DNA of 64,000 bases, taken from IMG/VR virus record IMGVR_UViG_3300037808_002146; one strand, written 5' to 3'. Source of the DNA: a virus (taxonomy: Duplodnaviria; Caudoviricetes). The notes under the pieces were generated by a model. That model saw only the letters and a list, made by a program, of their open reading frames with translations. It was not told the DNA's origin and ran no database searches. The translations under genes were made by a program, and so were the position numbers. Shown piece after piece: positions 9,001 to 17,928 of this stretch. Numbering within the stretch: position 1 is the stretch's first letter; every line of letters starts with the position of its first letter.

Positions 9001-10314
9001 TTTACCGCTAGTAAAAGTTGCAGGGACTGTTGAATTTGCAATGGTAGCTGTTATTGCTCTATTGCCAGAACGCCCAGGTTGATCCTGAGTGATGGTGAAA
9101 TCTCCAACAGCGTCGTTATTATCGGTATGTGCTACCGAAAGTTTGCCATTGTGACCTGAGGCTCCTTCAATAGCAGTTTTTAGTGCTGCATATGTAGCAT
9201 CAGCGTCATCACCTGATATTGTCACCGAAACATTTCCTGCTGTGATGGTGGTGTCGGTGTCAAACTCGTATGTCTTGGAAGTGCCATCAGTAGAAACCAA
9301 AGTGATAGTGTCAGCATCAGATGGTTGACCAGTATAACTGATCTTTGCCGTTGCTGAAGACGTTGCGACTTCTTTCATTAGAACACTAAGGAAGTGCGTT
9401 CGACCCTCTCCGCCATGGCCGTCTTCGCCATTTCGAAATGCGTTAACTGTAGCTGCTGTGGTTATCACGCCACCATTAACTGTTACTGCAGGTGGCAAAG
9501 CTGCTCCAGCCGCGCCATTAACAATTTGGGTATTTCCAGCTCGACCACCGTCACGTTGCGTTAAAGTCATCGCTTGAGCAGAATTAGCAGCTGCTCCAGG
9601 CAGTCCTGAAATTACGATCGAGCCGTTGTGACCATTTTCGGATTCAATAGCTGCCTTGAGTTGTACTAGAAAAGAGTGGGCAGTAACTGCGGTAGGATCG
9701 GTGGACATACCTACTTTTATTAATCCGCCATCGAGGTCGCCAGTATTACCTACAGCTGCTGCGACTACTTTATACGTCTTAGATACGCCCAGGCCGTCTG
9801 TAATGGTTATTGTATCATTTGCCGTGATAGTGTGGTTAGTCGCATCGCCAACAGCAACACCTATTGCGGCAGTAGCTTGAATCGCTCCACGTTCTGCGCC
9901 AGTATATATATTGGATCCAACGGTTCCCGTATTCGGGTTAACCTGTTCTTCACCAACGATAAATCCGGCATTCTTGACAGAACCAGCTGGAATCGTCTTA
10001 CCTTTTGAGTTAGTACCTGCTGCTTGAAGGCGAGCTTTGCCGTCTCCGACTCCAAGAACCTTAAGATAGAGACCCGCTCTTGCGTTTGATAGCCACTCCC
10101 TTAAAGCCATAGGGCCAAATTTATCTGGGCCGACTCCTCCAAATTCAGCTACAAACTCTGAAAGGTTTGCAAAAACTAGGGGAACAAAGGCACGACCCTT
10201 AATGGATGTACCAATAACGCCAGCTGGCGTTCCAACCGGGCCGACTCTGGATCGACCCGATAGGTCTATTTCCCGAGTGCTTACTCCTGGACTTTTAAAT
10301 GTCAGTTCTGCCAT
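6046..10314 (-). CDS. gp18: Tail sheath protein, paralogue 2 (1422 aa, three inserted repeat modules)
   Basis: N-terminal FKSPGVSTREIDL; C-terminal WFAPAGFTRG, INPLTSFP, FGQKTL, RVNVRRLL, FEPN and PTRSVEFISLDFVIT are contractile sheath hallmarks. Confidence 0.93.
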   Translation of the reverse strand: MAELTFKSPGVSTREIDLSGRSRVGPVGTPAGVIGTSIKGRAFVPLVFANLSEFVAEFGGVGPDKFGPMALREWLSNARAGLYLKVLGVGDGKARLQAAGTNSKGKTIPAGSVKNAGFIVGEEQVNPNTGTVGSNIYTGAERGAIQATAAIGVAVGDATNHTITANDTITITDGLGVSKTYKVVAAAVGNTGDLDGGLIKVGMSTDPTAVTAHSFLVQLKAAIESENGHNGSIVISGLPGAAANSAQAMTLTQRDGGRAGNTQIVNGAAGAALPPAVTVNGGVITTAATVNAFRNGEDGHGGEGRTHFLSVLMKEVATSSATAKISYTGQPSDADTITLVSTDGTSKTYEFDTDTTITAGNVSVTISGDDADATYAALKTAIEGASGHNGKLSVAHTDNNDAVGDFTITQDQPGRSGNRAITATIANSTVPATFTSGKGENIFTEAGSGLADSATGIRYANVLRGVMMYPSGVVPSLVASRAAISNNVPVGQIGTKPNAKAKINFLGAVTAAHNIIITDGATPRTYVAVNNGNEDGLDFKRGDVGGASVAATDFARAVNAATGHAGKIFAHASGSMVTLSQVVGGSAGDTEIQTTMTAAEATVDSHFEGGANTVIQLAGSTAPFEDNPTISGIENGGSPLGKVDLTNGKQEFVMILNGHKSTTSHPNAVTASFDPQASNYIANIFNTDPTAIQESGHYLYAHYDVFSTYASPMNTTNPYLTSTGKSGNDIAMLLPSSGNRNAGTATKPNTENFSDRFRAAVSPTLISQKFGGNNEPLFRVHSLDDGAQGNEVYKVSIENLKRSQSDKNRYGSFDLMVRRFSDNDREQVVLEKFPSLSLNPNSERYIARIIGDQRLFYDFDKRAGSQKLSLSGRFENNSKYIRVEMADSVENGKMDASALPFGFRGPQKLNIDNSVTFAAVDSTIVDAAGLAHEKIVAPPLPLRRNLAVGEVPKKRVASSLNWGIQFEVDDLYHEPNKNSQPLASANTWTKYFPDFDQASLSLISHRTGSSAADTYNNNKFTLENIQVVTTAADVPDSAQWAAAEYRRTGVLDSSILDADGNTASSKTRFLNTTTDLDLGSVRRYLKFNVFVAGGFDGTEVFDKEKAALSDVAVMREVVDVANQGGKAGATAATYMKAIDVLTERSDVDIQLLAIPGIRQTLITDKAIDAVESRFDAMYIMDAIVYDSENTVVTGSAQKVSVSNTVTRFNNRVLDTSFAATYFPDVILNDPSTGQNIQVPPSVPVLGAFALNDQLAHPWFAPAGFTRGAMVNVTETQVKLNRDNLDSLYDVDINPLTSFPHTEGVVVFGQKTLLRTQSSLDRVNVRRLLIELRRRVRKVANSFIFEPNRESTLARFSAQVNPILRQIQQQQGVDRFLVKIDATTTTQTDVENNTLRGKIFLQPTRSVEFISLDFVITNAGAEI

Positions 10315-10338
10315 TTGTTAACTTCTCCTGTTATATTC

Positions 10339-13300
10339 TTATTCAAAAGAAACTCCACTATTCGTTATCACAAAATCAACTGCGATAAACTCGATCGCGC
10401 GTGTCGGAACAACGACTATGCGACCGTTTAATTTATTACCCTCGACATCCTCGGGGCTATTATTTGTATCATCCATAATGACTCGAAAACTATCAATACC
10501 TGCTTGTGCCTGAACAGTCGCTAATAACGGGGTTACTAAATTGATAAATCGAGCTCGAGTTTCTGCATTGTTTGGCTCAAATAATAATCGTTGAGCTATT
10601 CCTGTAATTAATCTCTTAATTTCTAAGAGCAATCTTCTTACATTAACTCTATCTAAGGCTGATTGAGCCATTTGAAGAGTTTTTTGACCGAAGATGACGA
10701 ATCCACCATTCGGAAAATTAGCGATCGGATTAATTCTAGCATCATAAAGTTCGTCGCGATCGCCAGCTGTTAGTCTGATATCGACGCTGCTTACATTGTC
10801 TAAGGCGCCACGATTAAAACCAGCTGGAGCAAACCACGGAAAAGATACCGAGTCGCTGAAGGCTAGTGCTTTAATTGCTGCGGTTGATGCCGGCAATTTA
10901 ACTTGCGTTGAGTTAACACTATCAGCTAAAACAATATCTGGAAAATAAGTTGCTGTATAATTGTTATCAATCACTCTAGATGAAAGTTGCTCTGAAGTTT
11001 CTCTAACATCTGGAACTGATTTTTCTAGTTTGGAAAATTCCGTTCTATCTTCAGTACCAAACAGTCTAGTTCCGTCTTGCGAATATCCTGGGATATCCAT
11101 AAGATAAAGTGCGAGAGAATATTCTCTAACTTTTTCGCTAGCAAAATCTGTAACGAAAGAATCCCTAATGCCTGGAATCGATAGAATGTTGTGTCTTACA
11201 GACATTGGATCAGTCATGATAGAAACAGCTTGTCGATAAGAAACTACTGTGCTATTTTTTTGACCAACCCCTGGTTTACCAGAGTTTAATCCCGTTTGAG
11301 AAGTAAAAGCCGAATTAAATTCGCTAGAAGCTTTTCCAAAAAAGTTGGTTGGAGCATCAGTGCTTGTACTTCGGTCGTTCATCAATGAAATATCTTTGTC
11401 TAGTGAATTCAAACCATCAAACCCACCAAAGAGTGGAAGGGTGAATTTGTTATAAACTGTAAATCTATTAAATTTGACCGAAGAGCTTGCAAGAAGCGTA
11501 GCCATTGTAACTCGGCTGCCATAAGCACCATCAGCTATTGAATAGTTTGTATTATCTAACTCTTGATTTCTCATATAGACTGCTTCAAGCATATGTTCTT
11601 TAGCAGAACCAGTAACATATTCTGCAATGTTCGTTTGAACGTTTGAACCAATTTTGTTTAAAGCAACTCTTGCAAGAGTGAATTTATTAGAGTTAAAAGA
11701 ATCGACTGCTGAACCTGTTAAGAGAGCCCCAGTTTTTGCTAAGCCTTGAAATTTAGTATAACCAGTAATTAACTCATTAAACATTTCACCGGCATTAGGA
11801 TTTCTAGCTGCATCATTTATAGATCCAGTCCTAGGGAGTCTTTCAGATTTCATTCCCCAATATAATTTTGAATCGACTTTTTCGGTTAATGCCGGATTGC
11901 CAGATGGATCACTTGCCGCCACGGCCGATGCGATAGGCATAGCGCCACGCGTAACTTTATACCTCATAGGTAAAGGAGGAAAGATTGGAGAATTTAAGCT
12001 AGGACTCTCGCGGTCATCAAAATCTATAAGAGTCATCGTATGAATTCTATTCGCATCCGTCAACGATGCGTCAGTCGCAGCATGCTTTAAAGATCCTACA
12101 GTCGCAGCATCACCAACAGGTATAATTCGCCCTAAGGGGGCGCCGCCTGCGGTGAGGGTCTCTAGCGTTGAATCTGTTAAGGAATCAGTTGTCTTAAGTA
12201 CCGGAATTCCTCTAAACCCGAATGGCAAAGAAGAAGATGGGCATTCTCCCCGTCCGTGCTTGTCGCTCATGACTACTCTTATGTGTAAAGAGCGATTAGG
12301 ATATTTTCCGGAAATTATTAATCTTCTCTCTTCTTCCAAATCGGCATCGAAGTTAAAAACAGCTTTATAGTCGCCAATAACTCTTGCAACAAAATTTTCT
12401 GAATTTGGATCTAAAGAGCAGCCAGGATACGACTCTACAATTTCTGGATCTGTATCTAGATCCCTAAGTTTTCTTACTTGGACTTCAAAAGTTCCATAAG
12501 GTTGTTTTGGATCAAGGCTAGCTTTAATATTAGCAATACTAACCTTTACGTCCATATTTCCACTCGAGCCATCGCTTAGCGACTCAAAATGCATTAGATC
12601 AAATTCTTGTGAACCAAAAGGCTGGCTAATGATAGCAGGGGTTTTTGCTGTTCTATATCTAGAATCTAGTCGACCCAAAACAGACCACGCTTTTCTATCA
12701 GCTGCGGATGATAAGGCAGAATCTGTAATTTCTTTCTTAGACGGGGTTGATACGAAAACTTTAGTAGCCGATGCTAACTCGTCTTCTACAGGCAAATCTA
12801 AGTAAAGTAAATGTTTTTCTTTTTCAAATTTATGAGGATCAGTATTTAAAACTTTGCTTATATAAGAAGGGTGTTCTGGATCTAAGCTTGCTTTAGTGTT
12901 CTTAAGGACTGTTCCTGAGGCATCTACAATTTGTAACCTAAATTCTGAAGTTGTTATTGCTGCCTGAGCGTCTGTTTTAATCACTCCAGCCGCAACCGTG
13001 TACGTCGCAGTTGTAGCCATAGCTACTAAACGGTGTCCGCTGCTAGTATAAACAACACCTCTCAAGAGTTGGGTAGTTGCTGCACCAGTAATGCTATCGT
13101 TATCGACAAAAATTGGGTATGATTCTCGACACTCTTGAGATTTTGTAGCTTCATTAATATCATGAGTAGCAGTGATTAAGTTAACGCCACCAGAGAGTAG
13201 CATCGCAGCTGTTGCGCCAGATGTGTCTGTCCCGTTAGCAGCTGTAATGTTAGCTCTGTTTGCTGAAGCCTCGACTCCCTGAATGCGAAAGCCTGCGCCT

Positions 13301-13620
13301 TTAACTGTTTCAGTTGTTCTCGTAGTATCGCGATCTGCTCCGGTTTCGTTAGCTCCAGCTCCAAGAACCCTCATAAATGTTAGCGCTCTTTTGCTTTTCA
13401 AAAATTCGAATACAGAATATACAGCTGGAAAGTCTGGATCTAGACCACCAAATCTGTTTACGAAATCAGTGAAATCACCGACAGTTACTGGAACGAATGC
13501 GGGACCCTTAGCGGACGTACCGACTACACCTGCAGGTACTCCTGAAACTGTTTGACGCCGTGCCGCAAGGTCAATTTCCCTCTCAAAAAACCCGGGGGAT
13601 CTGAATGTTTGCTCTGCCAT
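10339..13620 (-). CDS. gp18: Tail sheath protein, paralogue 1 (1093 aa)
   Basis: FRSPGFFEREIDL; WFAPAGFNRG, INPIANFP, FGQKTLQ, RVNVRRLL, FEPN and PTRAIEFIAVDFVIT. Confidence 0.93.
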   Translation of the reverse strand: MAEQTFRSPGFFEREIDLAARRQTVSGVPAGVVGTSAKGPAFVPVTVGDFTDFVNRFGGLDPDFPAVYSVFEFLKSKRALTFMRVLGAGANETGADRDTTRTTETVKGAGFRIQGVEASANRANITAANGTDTSGATAAMLLSGGVNLITATHDINEATKSQECRESYPIFVDNDSITGAATTQLLRGVVYTSSGHRLVAMATTATYTVAAGVIKTDAQAAITTSEFRLQIVDASGTVLKNTKASLDPEHPSYISKVLNTDPHKFEKEKHLLYLDLPVEDELASATKVFVSTPSKKEITDSALSSAADRKAWSVLGRLDSRYRTAKTPAIISQPFGSQEFDLMHFESLSDGSSGNMDVKVSIANIKASLDPKQPYGTFEVQVRKLRDLDTDPEIVESYPGCSLDPNSENFVARVIGDYKAVFNFDADLEEERRLIISGKYPNRSLHIRVVMSDKHGRGECPSSSLPFGFRGIPVLKTTDSLTDSTLETLTAGGAPLGRIIPVGDAATVGSLKHAATDASLTDANRIHTMTLIDFDDRESPSLNSPIFPPLPMRYKVTRGAMPIASAVAASDPSGNPALTEKVDSKLYWGMKSERLPRTGSINDAARNPNAGEMFNELITGYTKFQGLAKTGALLTGSAVDSFNSNKFTLARVALNKIGSNVQTNIAEYVTGSAKEHMLEAVYMRNQELDNTNYSIADGAYGSRVTMATLLASSSVKFNRFTVYNKFTLPLFGGFDGLNSLDKDISLMNDRSTSTDAPTNFFGKASSEFNSAFTSQTGLNSGKPGVGQKNSTVVSYRQAVSIMTDPMSVRHNILSIPGIRDSFVTDFASEKVREYSLALYLMDIPGYSQDGTRLFGTEDRTEFSKLEKSVPDVRETSEQLSSRVIDNNYTATYFPDIVLADSVNSTQVKLPASTAAIKALAFSDSVSFPWFAPAGFNRGALDNVSSVDIRLTAGDRDELYDARINPIANFPNGGFVIFGQKTLQMAQSALDRVNVRRLLLEIKRLITGIAQRLLFEPNNAETRARFINLVTPLLATVQAQAGIDSFRVIMDDTNNSPEDVEGNKLNGRIVVVPTRAIEFIAVDFVITNSGVSFE

Positions 13621-13703
13621 GTTATGGATTCTCCTGTGATTTACTATGTAACCACCATATAACTATTTTATAAAAACTCTAGTTTCTCGTGGTTTGTCAT
13701 ATT

Positions 13704-14984
13704 TTATTTCTTAATTAAGTAGTCGAGTGTTGTAACGAACCCTTTTGCCCTAAAAACTGTTTCACCTGCTTTTACATTTTGTTCCGTTATTCTCACTTCT
13801 ACCACTGTTCTTTCCCCTGTTACGGGATCTACTCTTACAATTTGTTCTACGGTTCCCATTGAGCCTATATTATTATTTAATGTCGTAGTACCCAAAGAAT
13901 CCAAATTATCGCTAATTTCTTCGCTGGAATTAACTTTATTATCCTGACCTGCTATGCTCTGTCTTACTGGCATTCCAAGCTCATGGGACATATCAGCAAG
14001 AATATGATCATCTAAGCCAGCAGAATCTACAGTCTCGGTAGAATTTGCTTTAGGTACTCCGTTTTTCATCGAATGCATAGTAAAACTAATATGCGGCGAT
14101 GAAACGTACCTCCTAATCGGAGATGGTTGCCCTATACTCCTGGGAGCTACCAAGAAAGCTTGAACTTTCATATTAATGCTACATTTTACCAATCTTTCTT
14201 CTTCTGTAAAGTCATCGAAGTTTACGTCAGGGTTTAATGCGTTTTCTACAAAACCGGTAAAAAAATATCCTTTATTTGTATCTAATCTAAAAGAGGGTAC
14301 GTTATTATTAGTATAACCACCCATTAAGATCGTTAACATGTTATTCATTTGTTGGGTATATTGACACCAAAAAGTTATTTCGTAGTTAGCCATGTAGTGC
14401 TTAACTGGAGGGATTTCAAAAACTTCATAAATATTGTAGTTTACGTCGTTAACAATTTGAGGATTTGAAATCGATGGACTAGAAGCAGATTGCTTGGATA
14501 GTTTAATACCAGCTTCTGATTTCCCATCTTCTGTCTCTATATCCTGAGGGCGCGCTAGTTCATCGCTGTTTAACAGACCTTGCTTATTTACAAAACTTTG
14601 AAAAGCAGCATCTTCAGGAGCAAGTTTCTTTTTTATAACAAGGGGAATATTTTCACCAATGCCCGCATTTTGTTCTACGCCAGTTCTCATAATAGATATT
14701 AAAGGAAGTATCAAAGCAGACGAAGAATCACGCAATGGTTTTTTTCTTGATAAAAGTGCGAACCTTTCCCCAGTCGCGAATATGACTGGAACTTTTATAG
14801 GTTTTTTGTTGCTTTTAACAGTAAAGTTCAAACTTTTTTCAAATAAGTTAAAAACTGATCGATCCACATCTTCTATCGTACATGAGGGTATGTCAGCACC
14901 AGATACTTGCTCGCCGTCTTGATAACCTAAATCGGCTTTTCCGCCGGCACCTTTTTTAGCTGTATATCTAGTTGTCATAGTCAT
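13704..14984 (-). CDS. Tail completion / sheath stabiliser protein (T4 gp15-like), C-terminally extended
   Basis: IKVPVIFATGERF and LILPLISIMRTG resemble the gp15 family; located between neck and sheath genes. Confidence 0.6.
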   Translation of the reverse strand: MTMTTRYTAKKGAGGKADLGYQDGEQVSGADIPSCTIEDVDRSVFNLFEKSLNFTVKSNKKPIKVPVIFATGERFALLSRKKPLRDSSSALILPLISIMRTGVEQNAGIGENIPLVIKKKLAPEDAAFQSFVNKQGLLNSDELARPQDIETEDGKSEAGIKLSKQSASSPSISNPQIVNDVNYNIYEVFEIPPVKHYMANYEITFWCQYTQQMNNMLTILMGGYTNNNVPSFRLDTNKGYFFTGFVENALNPDVNFDDFTEEERLVKCSINMKVQAFLVAPRSIGQPSPIRRYVSSPHISFTMHSMKNGVPKANSTETVDSAGLDDHILADMSHELGMPVRQSIAGQDNKVNSSEEISDNLDSLGTTTLNNNIGSMGTVEQIVRVDPVTGERTVVEVRITEQNVKAGETVFRAKGFVTTLDYLIKK

Positions 14985-15642
14985 CTCCGTAGAAAGAAGA
15001 GCCTATTTTAGAATCATCGCCTTTTTCTGAAACTTCCACAACATTTTTTTCTACTTTCTCTACTTTGCCTTGTTTTTCTAAAGCACGAAGATCTCCAGTT
15101 TCACCTGCATTATTGACTGTGTTACCTCTTTGTTGAACAAACGTTTTTTGAATTGCGCCTGATTCCAGGTTTCCTTCGTCGGTTGGACCGTGTGGTTTAA
15201 AATCTATTTGTCCTTGACGGGCTTGCTTACATGCTAATTTGAGTCCTGTTTTGTACTCGACTTGGCCAAAAATCAAAGAAGTAAATATAGAGCTAGTTAT
15301 TTCAAAAAAAGTATCGCCATAGCTAATGTAATCTCCCTCTCTTGCTTCTAAATTTCTGTCTAATAAATCCCTATAATGGATATAGACTTGGATTGTTTTA
15401 AAAGTTTCAGAACCAAATTTATTAGTTCTCACCGCAGAAGGATCCCAGTCAACCCTGGCTTCAATCTCTACAGGGGGATCGAAAACTTTAGTCACAGCCT
15501 CTTCATAGACTTCATGAACATCAGTTAAATCCGATCTAATTCTATAATAAAAAATCTTTTGGCCGATGATATCTTTATTGATTTCTTTCGTTAAGTCAGA
15601 AATAAAATCAATTTCCCTCGGAGTTATAAAAAGCCTTGCCAC
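14968..15642 (-). CDS. Neck / head completion protein (T4 gp14-like)
   Basis: EINKDIIGQKIFYY, VYEEAVTKVFDPPVEI, KFG, REGDYI and FFEI pattern; follows the gp13-like gene. Confidence 0.65.
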   Translation of the reverse strand: MARLFITPREIDFISDLTKEINKDIIGQKIFYYRIRSDLTDVHEVYEEAVTKVFDPPVEIEARVDWDPSAVRTNKFGSETFKTIQVYIHYRDLLDRNLEAREGDYISYGDTFFEITSSIFTSLIFGQVEYKTGLKLACKQARQGQIDFKPHGPTDEGNLESGAIQKTFVQQRGNTVNNAGETGDLRALEKQGKVEKVEKNVVEVSEKGDDSKIGSSFYGDDYDN

Positions 15643-15646
15643 TACA

Positions 15647-16819
15647 CTATCCCATCACAATTGCTTTGCCCATCGGGACTGGAACTGACTTTAAAACTGT
15701 CTTTATTGCTTCTGCGGATTCTGCCTCCGCTTTTAGTAAATTACCATACGATAGAGTATCTAAAAGCTCAATCATTTTGTCTCGTAGGTTTGTTTGATCT
15801 TCTCGGCCTTGAGATATTAAATCGCTGCCATTGAGTTGCAAATCTCCATCAGGTATTGGAACACTGGAAAATTTTGATCTCACTAAACCTAGAAGTTCTT
15901 TGGAAAGGCCTAGGCCGTATTGTCTTACCCATTGTTTTCCAATTTCATTAATTTTAGAATACCTCAAATTACCAAAGGGTATATTAGATAGATTAGAAAC
16001 TCCGTATATCGTTCCGTCCTCTAAATGCGGATTTAAGGGATCAGGATTAAACATAACTTTAATGTAGAGTTTTTTGCTATTAGAAACATCAGTTGGTATT
16101 GGAAATATTCTTAGTTTACCACCGACGAGTTGATATGATGTGTTAGAGCGCCTAACACGATTACTAATATCCATTTGGCCAGCACGTAAGATATCTTCGA
16201 ATACTGGCAAAACATAGAAAACTGTCTCTGGAGTAAATGACTCAAAGCTAAACTCGTTGTTTAGATAGTTGATTGCTGATGTTGTATCGAAGAATCTATA
16301 AGCAGCTTGAGGAGAAAAGTGCATTACTTCCATAATCTTCATTCGTGTTCTTGGAGAATTTAAACTACTACTGACTATTAGATTACCAGCTGTATCTTTT
16401 AACTCTTCATAAATATCATAGTCTTGGCGGCCTTGTTTTAAATCTATAGAGCCGGAAATCATTTGGTATGATCCACCAACGCCAGCTTCACCGGCGTAGG
16501 GTTCAGCTGCACGCAAAGCAAACTCTAGGTTTTGTCTTGGATGTAGCTCTTCTGCCCCAGAAAGTGAACCGGTAGGGATGCCTAATAAATTGGTCAATTG
16601 AGACTTTCCGTGTGCCTCTAGAACAATTCTGCCATACTCTAAGAATGACTCTTCAAAGCATGCCCATATTTGTTTTTTTGTTAGTTCGACGCTAAGGATA
16701 TCGTCACCCAACTTTCTTTTAACAAAAGTCACCATTGAATCCGCTTCGCGAATAAAATCTTGATCTTCGTCAAAGAATCCGAAGGGCGTTGGTCTGAATG
16801 TATTAGAAAATGAAGACAT
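15647..16819 (-). CDS. Neck / head-tail adaptor protein (T4 gp13-like)
   Basis: KRKLGDDILSVELTKKQI, WVRQYGLGLSKELLG and RSKFSSVPIPDGDLQLNGSDL match gp13-family motifs. Confidence 0.75.
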   Translation of the reverse strand: MSSFSNTFRPTPFGFFDEDQDFIREADSMVTFVKRKLGDDILSVELTKKQIWACFEESFLEYGRIVLEAHGKSQLTNLLGIPTGSLSGAEELHPRQNLEFALRAAEPYAGEAGVGGSYQMISGSIDLKQGRQDYDIYEELKDTAGNLIVSSSLNSPRTRMKIMEVMHFSPQAAYRFFDTTSAINYLNNEFSFESFTPETVFYVLPVFEDILRAGQMDISNRVRRSNTSYQLVGGKLRIFPIPTDVSNSKKLYIKVMFNPDPLNPHLEDGTIYGVSNLSNIPFGNLRYSKINEIGKQWVRQYGLGLSKELLGLVRSKFSSVPIPDGDLQLNGSDLISQGREDQTNLRDKMIELLDTLSYGNLLKAEAESAEAIKTVLKSVPVPMGKAIVMG

Positions 16820-16860
16820 ATCTCACTCCTAATCTAAATATGGAGAGGGAGTGAGAATAT
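16817..16860 (-). promoter_or_regulatory. RBS-sequestering hairpin with a promoter-like ATATTTA motif in its loop, upstream of the gp13-like gene
   Basis: Perfect 9-bp inverted repeat at 16821-16829 / 16848-16856 pairing with the GGAG RBS; ATATTTA at 16835-16841 lies in the loop. Confidence 0.55.
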
Positions 16861-16916
16861 CTCGAAGATGTGAAGAAACTAGAAATGAAATCTAGAATCT
16901 TACCTTTGATTAGCTA

Positions 16917-17465
16917 TTAAACAGCGATTGGAGCACGGCCAACATAAGTAACTGTCACTAAGACTTCAGGTGATCCTGTCATAGTAGATAGATCAGATTG
17001 AGAGGCAATAGAAATGAAAGTCTCTTCGGTGTCCGCTGGCTGATATGGACCTGATCCAACAATTGTGTCATGTAATCCGACACCAGCTGCTGAAAGGTCT
17101 AAGTCTCTATCAGTTCCAAGCACGTTAGTAGCTGTTGCAACACCTGCACCAGCAATTTCGGTACCTTGGACGGATAAGTCAAAAGCACGTGATGCACTGT
17201 GTACATGTACAGCGACCAACCCAGCTCCATCGCCGAGGTTTGTTGCTATTGCTGTAGTTGTACAAGCAAGGGAGAGGATAACAGATCCTGCAGGCAATTT
17301 ATATGCAGCAAGACCGGCAACATCTCCAGCGTCCCCAGTTGAAACACTAATTTTTTCTTGATGAACTCGGTAAGCTGTTACATCAGCATCTAAGTCTGAA
17401 ACTGCAAATCCGCGGCCAGTTGATTGTACTAGCCCTTTATCTCTTGACGATATAATTTTTGGCAT
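16917..17465 (-). CDS. Putative capsid decoration / minor virion protein
   Basis: Beta-rich 182 aa protein with LPAGSVIL motif, strong AAAGGAG RBS, between capsid and neck genes. The function is inferred. Confidence 0.5.
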   Translation of the reverse strand: MPKIISSRDKGLVQSTGRGFAVSDLDADVTAYRVHQEKISVSTGDAGDVAGLAAYKLPAGSVILSLACTTTAIATNLGDGAGLVAVHVHSASRAFDLSVQGTEIAGAGVATATNVLGTDRDLDLSAAGVGLHDTIVGSGPYQPADTEETFISIASQSDLSTMTGSPEVLVTVTYVGRAPIAV

Positions 17466-17537
17466 GATCTTTCTCCTTTTTTGTCTGCAAGATTCCGCAT
17501 CGCTGGCAGGGTCAGCTGATCAAATATGATGCGGGCC
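17466..17537 (-). ncRNA. Candidate cis-regulatory structured leader RNA (H-type pseudoknot-capable)
   Basis: GC-rich island in AT-rich DNA. P1 is CCGCATC/GATGCGG; loop CTGCCAG can pair with downstream CTTGCAG; followed by ACAAAAAAGGAG and the start codon. No family assigned. Confidence 0.45.
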
Positions 17538-17565
17538 TACTAATAATTATATAGAAAGAATGGAT

Positions 17566-17886
17566 TTACAAAAATAATTTGTTATTTATTGAAGTATCAA
17601 GATACAAAGCAAGCTTTTTGTTTTTCATATATGCTGCGTATGCGCTTAGCCTCTTCATAACTTCATCTTCGCCGGTGGAGGGAGATAACTTTAATGTTGC
17701 AATTTCAGATTTAAGATTTGCAATTTCTTCTCTCAAAGCTACAACTGAATTTGCAATTTGCTTTAAATCATCTTGGGTTACTTGCGCTGGTTTATTTGCT
17801 TCAGTTGCCTTGTTTACTTCAGTTGTCTTAATAGGTTTAGAAGCTTTAGTAGCAGTTAGAGTATTTGTCTTTCGAGTATTGGCCAT
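17566..17886 (-). CDS. Hypothetical coiled-coil protein (106 aa)
   Basis: ORF track; AAGGAGG RBS; heptad segment LKQIANSVVALREEIANLKSEIATL. Confidence 0.75.
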   Translation of the reverse strand: MANTRKTNTLTATKASKPIKTTEVNKATEANKPAQVTQDDLKQIANSVVALREEIANLKSEIATLKLSPSTGEDEVMKRLSAYAAYMKNKKLALYLDTSINNKLFL

Positions 17887-17928
17887 ATTGGACCTCCTTT
17901 TAAGGATAACATAATAACTGGAACTTAA

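Noticed and set aside
6046-13620. Interpretation as an extracellular contractile injection system or tailocin because of the two sheaths
   Set aside because: Capsid, portal, protease, terminase and replication genes are contiguous, so this is a phage.
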